Shown piece by piece: positions 13,415 through 25,600 of a stretch of DNA of 64,000 bases. The notes under the pieces are model-generated. The model was not told the origin of the DNA and searched no databases. It was given only the letters and a program-made list of their open reading frames with translations. The DNA is from Chrysomallon squamiferum (lineage: Eukaryota; Animalia; Mollusca). Every line of letters starts with the position of its first letter. Position 1 is the stretch's first letter. Made by a program: the position numbers and the translations under genes. The stretch spans positions 186,001-250,000 of the forward strand of contig CM022667.1 of the NCBI GenBank assembly GCA_012295275.1. The letters run 5' to 3'.

Positions 13415-13952
13415 CTGTGTGTCTTTATGTGAACGTGTATGTGCATCTAAAAAGTTGTAATGTTCTACAAAAATAAAATGACATTCTTTAGTTTTCTTAA
13501 ATTTTTATTTAAGGTTGAGTGAGTAGTAGGAAAATGAGGAATTAATGTGTGTGTGTATGTTTATTTATTTGTTTATTTATATCTATCAATGAATGCATGT
13601 GTATATGTTTGTGTGTATGCAAGAACAAATTAATATTAAAGATTCTGATTAAAAAAGAACAGAAATATAAAATTTTGCAGACACCATTGAAAGCAAGGCT
13701 TTTTTTTTTAATATAAAACTTTACCATAAACACAAAAATATACAGTATTTATGTAAATTGGTTTGGAGAAATTTAACTGAGCTATAATAAATTAAGTTGA
13801 TCTAAATTATAATATCTAAATTTCATCATATTTAATTCCTATGATTTTTCTTCACATTTCAAAATATAAAAATGTATTATTGGTAAAGAATTTTAATTTA
13901 CAAATTTTCTGTCACATTTTTTAATTCATATATTAATAATTATTACATTTAC

Positions 13953-13990
13953 CTGATATTTTTTCTCTATTTTTTATTCCACTGTAATAT
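13953..13990 (-). other. Candidate 38-nt non-coding 5'UTR exon upstream of exon B
   Basis: tctttttcag acceptor and CAG|GTAAAT donor, no ATG; exon B needs an upstream donor. Confidence 0.35.
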
Positions 13991-15277
13991 CTGAAAAAGA
14001 TTGAAGTACAAGAATATGAATAATTAATTGTGAAGATTCCATTGCAGCCATAAACATTAATACAAACAGAAAATATAAATATCAAATTCTAGTAAAACAT
14101 TAATTTCTAACAATTTGAAAAAGTTTAATTTTAATTAACCTTGTATTTATTACAACTTAAACATCAAATTACAATAAACTATTCATTTCTAGGAAAAAAG
14201 AAAATTGTAGCAAAGCATTAATTTCTTATAAACCAAACAAAAATAATAACAATAATAAAAATTTACTTTTAACAAATCATTAACTTCTAGCAAGTTAAAA
14301 ATCAAATGCTAATAAAATATTAATTTCTAACAATCTGAAAAATTAAAATTCTAAAAAAAACACACATTTATTTCTTACAATTTAAAATTCAAATTTTGAA
14401 AAACCACAGATTTATTACCTTGTGTAAATTCCCCCAAATCTCTACAATTTATATCCAGCAAATGCTATTAATTGACTGACCAGAGAATTATTTGGCAATG
14501 CTTTTTTATTTTTTATTCATTTTTGAGATGAAGCTATCTATCTACATATCGTGATATGTCATGAGGTCAAAGGTCCCATAGTCAGTAATAAAAACAGGCC
14601 AAGTTTATTTTTTATTTCTTAATGTACAGTTTTTTAATCATTCCTGCACCAGATCTAGTCACCATGGTAACAAGCAATGTGTTTAGTATCAGTGCTGTTT
14701 TCAGATACTTTAAACTGTCAAACATTCACCTGGATCAGGCTTTCACACACACACACACACACATACACACACAGACACACACAAACACACACAACAGACA
14801 CACACAAACACACAAAAGCAAGCTTGAACACAAAAACAAACACTGACACACACATACACACACACACACACACACAAACACACAACTACACACACAAATG
14901 AACACATTATACAAACATACTTACACAAACACAGCACACAAACACAAAACACACCACTCATACACAACAAACACAAAGACACACATAAAGCACACATACA
15001 TATATAACAAACACATACAACACATACACTACAAACACAAACGCACATTGAAACACTCATACAAAAAAATAAACAAGAGAAAGTTAGATTGGGTTTTATT
15101 GCTTCCAGTGAGAAGATGTGGAAATGATTAAAACTCTTTTTTAATCCTGATTTTCTCCCTTGACTGTAATTAATTCTGATTGGCTAATTAAGATAGATGA
15201 ATGATAGAAATAGCAACATGCTATCTTTTTGTGAACCTATGCTGCTGCACCAGTTTTTATATTATCTCTAACACCAT

Positions 15278-15575
15278 TACTACTACTACTACTATTAACA
15301 CTACTAACTACTAGTACTACACTACTACTACTACTACTATTACTACTACTACTACTAACACTATTAGCAAAATGTAAAGTCTGTTACAACTGTTTATATT
15401 ACTACTGCCCTACTACTACTACTACTACTACTACTACTGATACTATTAGCAAAATGTAAAGTCTGTTACAACTGTTTATATTACTACTGCCCCTACTACT
15501 ACTACTACTACTACTACTACTGATACTATTAGCAAAATGTAAAGTCTGTTACAACTGTTTATATTACTACTGCCC

Positions 15576-15610
<35 letters not shown>

Positions 15611-15921
15611 GATACTATTAGCAAAATGTAAAGTCTGTTACAACTGTTTATATTACTACTGCCACTACTACTACTACTACTACTACAACCATTAGCACTA
15701 CCACTACTACTGTTAATGTTTTTCTTACTACTACTGTTAGCAAGATGTGAAGATAGTCTGTTACGACTGTTTATATTACTACTACTGCTACTACTACTAC
15801 TACAACAACAACAACAACTACTACTACTACTGATACACTACTGCTGTTACTGTGTTTCTTACTACTACTATTAGCAAGATGTGAAGACAGTCTGTTATGA
15901 TTGTTTATATTACTACCACTG

Positions 15922-15953
<32 letters not shown>

Positions 15954-16010
15954 GTTGCTGCTACCACTACCATTACCACTACTACTGTTATTTCTTACTA
16001 CTGCTATCAG
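15278..16010. repeat. Compound tandem repeat: ~50-bp unit (ctattagcaaaatgtaaagtctgttacaactgtttatattactactgcc) separated by variable (TAC)n
   Basis: Four near-identical units at about 15361-15665 and two diverged units to about 15915. Confidence 0.92.
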
Positions 16011-16512
16011 CAAAATTTCTTTTTAAATTTTGAACACAGTCTTTATAACTAATTAAAAATATGTACAAAAATCTAATATAATTTATTTAACTGAACCTTT
16101 CCAGTAATTATTACCTTTCACAGACTGTGTCTTTTGTTCTGTCAACCACATCATGATTATAACACAAAAAAAACATGAGCCACTCTCATCAGTTAGCAGA
16201 AGCAGATATCTTATATTTACCTTCCCACAGAAAGCACAGCTCAAAGTTTATGATTAAATCAGACAGAGAGTACTATTGACAGAATAGATAAGAGACAAAA
16301 TCCATGAGGAGAACTGACCTAGTGACCTGCTACCTGCCAAGGCAAGGAATTAACCATTAGCTGCGGTCTGTGCTTTATCTTGAACTCAATACAGATATGT
16401 GTTTTAACACTTCCACTGGTTAAAAATCATCTAACAGCAATATATATATTGATAAAGATAGAGATATAGAAATATACACACATTATATACACACACACAC
16501 ACACACACACAT

Positions 16513-16551
<39 letters not shown>

Positions 16552-17325
16552 CATACATACATACATACATACAGACATACATAAATACACAAACTTACAT
16601 ACACAAAGAGTTCAGATGCAAAAGGGATTATAAGAACAAATGGTTCAGGGAGAGAATATCACTGGAGGTTGTCACAGAAATGATAAAATTATTGTTAAAC
16701 TACCATAAAAACACAGAACAGACTTCAAAACAACCAGCTTCTCTTTCTTGTTCTTGTTTTATTTATTTATTTATTTTAATTTAAATTATTTTATTTCTAT
16801 TTTTTTATTATTATTTTTTTTTATTTTTTTTTTTTTTCTGTAGGTTGCTGTATAAAATCATGTGTTGCATAATTATGTATTTATGTATTCAGTTTAACTT
16901 TTACATATTACAAAACATTTATTGAATTGCTTTATTAACAAACCAACCAGAACACTATTATTGATATAATCGCTTGGAATTTGGATATGGACTACCAAAA
17001 ACAATTTTATTATGTCTCTTAAAGATCCCACCCACAAAACACACATTATCAATTACTGTCAATAAATTTCTTGTTATCTGTAAATTGCTTACCTAGCACA
17101 ACATGAATAAACAGTGTAATAAAATTTAGTTTATCCTGGCTGTTGTTTTACTGTGTTAAGTGATCTGAGTCAACATTAATAATGAAAAATAGATCATAGG
17201 ATTAATATAATTTGTCTTAAACAATCATGGCTGCTATGTATCAGACCTTTCTCTCTCTCTTGTTTTTTTTTTCTATACTAAACTACCCTCTTTCTCTGTC
17301 TATCTTCTCTCCTCTCTTCTTCTCT

Positions 17326-17359
<34 letters not shown>

Positions 17360-17689
17360 GTTTTTTTTTTATATAAACCTCTCTATTTTAAACTTTCTCT
17401 CTCTCTCTCTTTCTCTCGCTTTTTTTTTTCTATACTAAACCTCTCTGTCTCTCTTTCTCGCTTTCTGCACCTCTCTTGCTCTCTCTCTCTCTTTTTTTTT
17501 CTTGCTTTCTGTCTCTACTAAACCTCCCTGTCACTCTGTTTCTTTCTCTAGTAGATGTAATTAATTATATTACTGCTAATGATCGTAGCATATTCAGTAA
17601 AAACAGTAGTAGTAATAACGATAGTATTAGCAGTAGAGTAATAGTAGTAGTCATTGTAGTACTAGTGGCAATAGCAGTAGACATTGTCC

Positions 17690-18016
17690 TAGTAATAGTA
17701 GTAGTAGTAGTAGTAGTAGTAGTAGCAGTAGTAATTTAAACAAGACATTATAGCAGCCTGTTTTTTCACCTCAATATAATAATTGTAGTAGTAGTAGTAG
17801 TAGTAGTAGCAGTAGTAGTAATATTAGTAGTGATGAATAAACAGAAGTTGCTGCAGTATGTTTTAACCTATGAATATAGGAGTTGTGGTAGTATTGGTGG
17901 TGTTGGTAGTAGTAGTAGTAGTCGTAATAGTAGTAATATAAAAACAGAGGTTGTTGCAGCATGTTTTTAGATGTTGTAGTAGTAGTAATAGTGGTGGTGG
18001 TAGTAGTAGTAGCAGC

Positions 18017-18056
<40 letters not shown>

Positions 18057-18096
18057 CTAGTAGTAGTAGTAGTAGAAGTACTAGTAGTAGCAGTTA

Positions 18097-18128
<32 letters not shown>

Positions 18129-18164
18129 CTAGTAGTAGTAGAAGTACTAGTAGTAGCAGTTATA

Positions 18165-18195
<31 letters not shown>

Positions 18196-18705
18196 AAGTA
18201 CTAGTAGTAGTAGTAGTAGTAGAAGTACTAGTAGTAGTAGTAGTAGAAGTACTAGTAGTAGCAGTTATAGTAGTAGTAGTAGTAGTAGTAGAAGTACTAG
18301 TAGTAGCAGTTATAGTAGTAGTAGTAGTAGAAGTAGTAGTAGTAGTAGTATGCTAGTAGTAGCAGTTATAGTAGTAGTAGTAGTAGTAATGTATAAACAG
18401 AGGTTGTTGCAGCATGTTTTTACACCTCAGTGCAGGTGTTGTAGTGGTAGTTATAGTAGTAGTAGTTGTAGTAGTAGTAGTAGTAGTAGTTATAGTAGTA
18501 GTAGTAGTAGTAGTAGTAGAAGTACTAGTAGTAGCAGTTATAGTAGTAGTAGTAGTAATGTATAAACAGAGGTTGTTGCAGCATGTTTTTACACCTCAGT
18601 GCAGGTGTTGTAGTGGTAGTAACAGTAAGTAGTAATAGAAGTAGTAGTAAAGGTAGTAGCAGTAGTTGTAGTAATATGAACTGTTTTTGCAGCATGTTTT
18701 TTACA
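17690..18705. repeat. (GTA)n microsatellite tract with an interspersed unit gtaatgtataaacagaggttgttgcagcatgttttt
   Basis: Directly visible; two identical ~65-bp units near 18386 and 18555 plus diverged copies. This tract produces the poly-Ser and poly-Val ORFs. Confidence 0.92.
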
Positions 18706-19077
18706 TCTTGACAACACAGTCCTATCTCTATCAGTAATCCATCTTAATTTAGCCAATCACAATTAATTGCAGTCAAGGGAGACAATCAGGTTAAAAAGAG
18801 CTTTAATCATTTCCACATTATGCTCTACTTCCTCAGTTTGTTTACGGAGTTAAAAAAAAAAAAAAAAAAAAGGAACCTAATCTAATGTTCTGTTGTTGTT
18901 GTTGTTTTTAATCATCCACATCGGAGAAATAATTAGACATTTACTTACAACACTATTTACTTAATTAAATAATAGCAGATAATAGTAGATAATTCATTAA
19001 GATATCAAAATGTCATGAGTAAAATAAGACAGGTACAGTTTACAACGATCTGCCTTACTAGTAATAACTGACATTCC

Positions 19078-19320
19078 ATATTACATAGTTATAATTTAAT
19101 TAGTATATAACATACATACTTGTTTCTTAAACAATATATATACATCACATGGTTATAACTTAAAAAGCCAGTCAGCATAATTATAACTTAGTGTATTTTA
19201 CATAGTTATAACTTCCATAGCATATATTACATAGAATGTGCGTAATATATATTAAGTAGTTACCCCTTAGTATCATAATACATAGTTATATCTTACACAG
19301 CATATTATTGCATAATTATA
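19078..19320. repeat. Degenerate ~30-bp tandem repeat (atattacatagttataact)
   Basis: Recurrent catagttata core. Confidence 0.6.
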
Positions 19321-19759
19321 AAACTTCTAAGTTTACATGTAGATGTTTTATGTCGCTCTAGCTAAGACAGCACACATATATTAATTACTGCACCAGTGTG
19401 TTTCCTTTTCATCCAGTGTAAAATTTAATTACTCTTGAGTTGTGCACCTGAAATTTATTACCTTTAGAACCAGGTACATTCTTGAAATTTATTTATTTAT
19501 TTATTTATTTATTTTTTAAATTAATTTATTTATAATTTCCAGTCTGAGGTGATGTGGTTTTACACCAGACAACCTCACCTGATTTTATGTGCTAATATAT
19601 TTTTCTTACCTTTGCAGATAATTTGTGCTTTTATTATAAATAAACAGTTTTTAATTCAATACTCTCTGCCGAGTGTTTAAGTGCACTTCAGTTTGTGTTT
19701 TGTTTTTTAATTATTAAACAGTACAAGCAACTGTTCAAGTATTTAAAATTATTTTAGTC

Positions 19760-19927
19760 TATCTTTCTCTCTATCTCTCTCTCTCTATCTATCTATCTCT
19801 CTTTTTCTCTTTCTCTCTATCTCTCTCTCTAACTCTCCTCTCTCTCTCTCTCTATCTCTCTATCTATCTCTCTCTCTTTTTCTCTATATCTCTCCTCTCC
19901 TCTCTCTCCTCTCTCTATCTCTCTCTA

Positions 19928-20012
<85 letters not shown>

Positions 20013-20064
20013 TCTTTTTCTCTTTCTCTCTATCTCCCTCTCTATCTCTCTCTCTCTAACTCTC

Positions 20065-20108
<44 letters not shown>
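19760..20108. repeat. (CT)n/(CTAT)n microsatellite
   Basis: Directly visible. Confidence 0.95.
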
Positions 20109-20112
<4 letters not shown>

Positions 20113-20904
20113 TTTGCTTCCTCTCCTAATATTTTCTTCTGCTATCAGAACATATTAATACTTGTTTCCAAGCTTCATATCAGTAGAGTGTGAATCTGTT
20201 TATGTGTGTATATGTGAGAGAGAGAGACTAAGAGACAGATAAAGAGAAACAGAGACAGGAAACGAGAGATAATGAAAATGATATCAAAACAGAGAGAGAA
20301 AGAGGGAGATAGATAAAGAAATAAAGAATAAGTGTGCTTATCTACATAAAAAGATGAGATGATAGGGGAAAAAAAAAATTATGAAACAGAGAAATACGAG
20401 TTTCTCTTTCTAAATACCAGGAAGATATTTATTTATTTTGGTTGTTGTCTCCCAAAAGGTTACAGTGACTCGATAACAGCACAGGAAATCATTCTAGAAT
20501 ATTCTTTTTTAAAAATTTTCAATTTTATTTTTATACCTACATTTATCTTTAGATAATAAAATTTCTATGTTTATCATGCTTAATAACTTATGAAGATAAA
20601 TTTTGTTTGAAAGTCTCTTATTGTTTTTTTTTTTTATCCATTTTATTATGTAATTCTTTTTTTGTTTTTTTACTATATATACATATTATGTGTGTGTACC
20701 TGTGGGAAAGAGAGACAGAGAGAGATAAAAAAAAGAGGAGTGAAAGGGGGAACTGAGAGAGAGAGAGAGACAGAGAGAGATAAAAAGAGAGATAAAGAGA
20801 GAGTAATAAAGAAATGGAGATAAATAATAACAAATGTTATTTACTTCAGTTTGTATATAGGTATATTTAAATTTAATTATTCTGCAACAAATTTTGACAA
20901 AAAC

Positions 20905-21155
20905 AGATTTAAATATATTTAAATATAAATAAGTTCAAAAAAGATTTAAATATATTTAAATATATATAAGTTCAAAAAAGATTTAAATATATCTAAATAT
21001 ATATAAGTTCAAAAAAGATTTAAATATATTTAAATATATATAAGTTCAAAAAAGATTTAAATATATTTAAATATATATAAGTTCAAAAAAGATTTAAATA
21101 TATTTAAATATATATAAGTTCAAAAAAAAGATTTAAATATATCTAAATATACATA
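20905..21155. repeat. 37-bp AT-rich minisatellite (aagttcaaaaaagatttaaatatatttaaatatatat), about 6 copies
   Basis: Direct periodicity; units contain the palindrome atttaaatatatttaaat or a one-base variant. Confidence 0.95.
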
Positions 21156-21752
21156 AAAAAATTTTAAAAAAATTTTTTTTTTTTCTGTTCTGCTTTGAAA
21201 CAAAAATCATCTTCTTCCTTTTCTTTTACTTCCCTACAGTGGAATCCCCATCACTACGACATTTCTTCACATCTTTAAAATAATTCTTTTATCAGAAAGA
21301 AGCCGTAATTACAGAAGTGTAGAGCAGATCAAAGCCTGTGGCCTATCTTTCTAACTCACACCATCCTCATTACTCCAGCAAATCAACAAATCCTGCTTTA
21401 ACAAACTAATTCTTTCAAAACTTTATCTAAACAGATACAGAGATACCTCTTCTGGGATTTGAACCTAGGTTCAATGGCAAGAGAATCTAAAGTATTCGGA
21501 TATTGTGGTTTTGATTAAATTTTCGGAGTGTCAGTTCCGTGCTTTTAGTGTTTGTGAAAGAATTTCTGAGTCCTGCAGGTGCCTTGAACTAAAAAATTTT
21601 TTTTTTTTTTTTGGTCTAATCTAAACTGGATGCAAATTAAAATAAAGAGGTAGTATGGTTTAGTGCTAAAGTCAAGGATGCGAATGTGTAGATAATGAGG
21701 GACACTGATTTCCCAGCCTGCACATTTCCTCCCTCTCTGTCTGTAGGGAAAG

Positions 21753-21756
<4 letters not shown>

Positions 21757-21847
<91 letters not shown>

Positions 21848-22080
21848 TGTGAGTGATAAAGAGAGAGAGAGAGTAAGAGAAAGAGAGAGCTAGATAATAG
21901 AGAAAGAGAGAGAGAGAGAGAGAGCTAGATAAGAGAGAGAGTGAGAGATAGAGAGAGAGAGAAAATAAGTGAGAGAGAATAAGAGAGAGAGCTAGATAAG
22001 AGAGAGAGAATAAGAGAAGAGAGAGAGCTAGATAAGAGAGAGAGATAATAAAAGAAGAGAGAGTGATAGAGAGCTAGATA

Positions 22081-22116
<36 letters not shown>

Positions 22117-22191
22117 AGAAACAATAACAGAAGAGAGAGAGAGAGTGAGAGATAGAGAGAGAGACAGGGAATAAGAGAGAGAGAGATCTAG

Positions 22192-22268
<77 letters not shown>
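21757..22268. repeat. (GA)n microsatellite, ~500 bp, interrupted
   Basis: Directly visible. Confidence 0.97.
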
Positions 22269-22273
<5 letters not shown>

Positions 22274-22419
22274 AAATATTCATTTTATAGCTTTGTTTGG
22301 CCATTTATCATATTTTCTAAATACCATAATTTATTATGTAAAGAAATTTATTCAAAATACAGGTTATATTTGTATGAAAACACATAGCTAAGTTTGTATG
22401 GACATACAAGTTGTTTTTA

Positions 22420-22815
22420 TTATTTTATATCCTAGTGAAATCTTCTACAATTAACTTATAACACAGAGAAATACTTTAAGATTAACTTATATCCTAGTGA
22501 AATATTCTAAAATTAACATATGTCCTAGTGACATTTTCTAAAATTAACTTACTGCCTAGTAAAACTTTCTAAAATAAACAAATTACTAGTGAATTCTTCT
22601 AAAATGAACTTATACCATAGTGAAATTTTCTAAAATGAACTTACTGCCTAGTAAAATTTTCTGAAATTAACAAATTACTAGTGAAATCTTCTAAAACGAA
22701 AACTGATGCCTTAGTGAAATTTTTAAAATGAACTTACCACCCAGCGAAATTTTCTAAAATGAACTTATACCTTTGTGAAACCTTCTGAAATGAACTCCTA
22801 CTGTCGTGAAAGCTT
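22420..22815. repeat. Degenerate ~32-bp minisatellite (ctagtgaaattttctaaaatgaactta...)
   Basis: About 11-12 diverged copies visible. Confidence 0.85.
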
Positions 22816-24186
22816 TTATAATCAAGTCAAAAAAAAAAAAAAAAAAAAAAAAAAAGAAAAAAAAAAGGTAAAAGGGGGAGATATCTTAAGAAAACCCTTT
22901 ATTACTGTCACCACACATATTACATTGCACCAAACGTGGCTATTGATCATGATTAAATTTTTAAAACATCAACGTTTTAAAGAAACTTGATTATTACTGT
23001 TACATAACACTGAATTGTAATGTAGCCGCAACAACGCTACTTATAATATTCTCTTGCTTAACGGTTTGGTTTTACCAAACAAAAATGCTTTTCTGTGACA
23101 TGCAGTAATGAATTAAGAGTTTTAAAAAAATAAAATAAAAAATAAAATGAAGAAAAAAAGGATAAGGAGATTTTGAAAAGATAAAAAAAACATTTTCAAA
23201 ACCTGTAAACTATCTCAGGATATCCGATTATGAGATAAGTTGGGGTTTTTTTGTTTGCTTTTTCCCAAGATCAGGTAAACAAATTAATTTTTTAAGGTTA
23301 CCTGTGGCAGGTATATCACTGTGTGAAGTTAGAATTTTTTTGGAGAATAATAAAATTAAAATTACTTTTGTTTCAATATAATGTAACAATAATTAAAAAA
23401 TGTTTGTGGGCTTGTGTATATATGTGCATGCATGCATGTATGTATGTATGTATGTATGTATATGCATGTATATAATGTATGTATGTATGTATGTATGTAT
23501 GTATGTATGTATGTATGTATACACAATATATATATATGTATTATATATATATGTATTTATGTATATATATTTGCATGCATGTATACATGATATGTATGTA
23601 TGTATGTATGTATGTAGATATGTATGTGTATAGTATATACATATGTATGTATATGTATGTATGTGTTTGTATGTAGACATAAGTATATATATATATATGT
23701 ATGTATGTAGACATAAGTATGTATGTATATGTATGTGTGTGTGTTAAAACTAACATCTAAACTCTAATTCACATACAATCGATTAGAAAATTTTTTATGA
23801 AATATAAAACTGTTAGTTATTAGATTATCATCATCACCATCATCATTATTACTACTACTATCACTACTACTGATGCTGCTACAGCTACTACTACTACTTA
23901 TATATATCTCTATGAGACTTACAAGAGCAAATAACATATAAAGATTGGTCACAGTAACCATTCAACACGGATTTGTTAATGAAAAAACCACAAATAACTG
24001 TTTATGTTTCAGTTTGATAATTCAGAGAAAAATAATACTTTTTAATCAGTGTGACAGTGACGGAGTGTGTGGTATGTGCTGTCCTGTTATATCTTAATAA
24101 TACTAAAAATATAACAAGCTATAATTCATTTTTACACAGTTCTAACACACATGTACACATGAAAAAGCCTGCAGGTATTTACATAT

Positions 24187-24232
<46 letters not shown>

Positions 24233-24408
24233 AACACACACAGATACACACACAAACATACATGCATAATTGTAAGAAAAAAGCCAGAGAAAGGAGGAAG
24301 ATTATGAAATAAAAATGAATGAATAGTCTCAGACAGAAAGTGAAATAAAGAGAAAAAAAATAGAATGAATATTATAAGATTATGAAAAAAGCATGTATAA
24401 AATTATAT

Positions 24409-24453
<45 letters not shown>

Positions 24454-24859
24454 CAGATGCATAATTAATAATATAGTATATTTATTTACATTTTAATAAA
24501 GGTAAACACTACTAACGTAATTAAATCATTAATATCAACATTTTCTACCAGAAACTTGTACAAAACTTTTAAACACAAAAAATAAACACTCGAACCAAAA
24601 CGACTACAGTTTGTTTCAAATATTTGACTTCTTAATGACAAAAGTAAATATTTTTACCTGTGTTGTTTACAAAATGGCGACTGGCTGTCAGGTAAGTATT
24701 AAATTTGTATCACACAGAGACTTTTATTTTTTTATTTCTTTACAGGTGGTTTTATTTATTTTTATTTTATTTTTTTATGTTTTTGTTATGTGTGTGTATG
24801 TATTTGTATTAGTGTAAATATATAAAATTATATATGTATATATGTAGGAATGTGTGTGT

Positions 24860-25600
24860 GTGTTTTTGTGTGTATATAGATAGATAGGTAGATAAATACA
24901 CAGACAGATATATGGATGGATGGATGGATGGATAGATAGATAGACAGATAGATAGATAGAGTCAGACAGATAGATAGATACAGATACAGAGACAGGTAGA
25001 TAGGTAGATGTATATATGTAGATAGATAGATAGACATAGAAATATATATATATAGATAAAAAGGTAGATACAGATATATATGTATGTATGGTGTATGTGT
25101 ACAGATAGATAGATGCATGCATACATACATACATCCATACATACATACACATATATATGTAGATAGATAGATAGACATAGAAATATATATATAGATAAAA
25201 AGGTAGATACAGATATATATGTATGTATGTGTGTGTGTGTATAGATAGATAGATGCATGCATACATACATACATCCATACATACATACACATATATATGT
25301 AGATAGGTAGATAGATATTGAAATATATATATGTATAGATAAAAAGATAGATACTGATATATATGTATGTATGTGTGTATGTGTACAGATAGATAGATGC
25401 ACGCAAACATACATACATCACACACACACACACACACACACATATACAAACACACATACACACATTCATATACACACACATACACACACATATACACACA
25501 CACATATATACAAACACACATACACACATTCATACACACACACACACACATATATACAAACACACATACACACATTCATACACACACACACACACACACA
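24860..25600. repeat. Compound microsatellite block (GATA/TACA/CA) including three ~140-bp duplicated units
   Basis: Directly visible; source of the 266, 233 and 150 aa low-complexity ORFs. Confidence 0.9.

Larger units (their letters stand above)
15072..18897. mobile_element. Foldback-like inverted-repeat structure, or two tail-to-tail copies of one repeat
   Basis: 15116-15213 is the reverse complement of 18722-18818 (8 substitutions and 3 indels by eye); the inner arms are (TAC)n arrays on the left and (GTA)n arrays on the right. Confidence 0.6.

Noticed and set aside
15361-15665. CRISPR-like repeat-spacer appearance (also 33595-33833 and 4521-5330)
   Set aside because: Spacers are simple repeats or absent, there are no cas genes, and the context is eukaryotic.
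17951-18632. Long Ser-rich and Val-rich ORFs (204, 131 and 72 aa)
   Set aside because: These are translations of the (GTA)n microsatellite with no splice or homology support.
21219-21756. Inverted TTCCCTACAG pair flanking a ~500-bp block as MITE TIRs
   Set aside because: The match lies mostly outside the TA|CAG boundary and does not extend inward. The left side may be a lone Tc1/pogo end, but the pair is not a convincing element.
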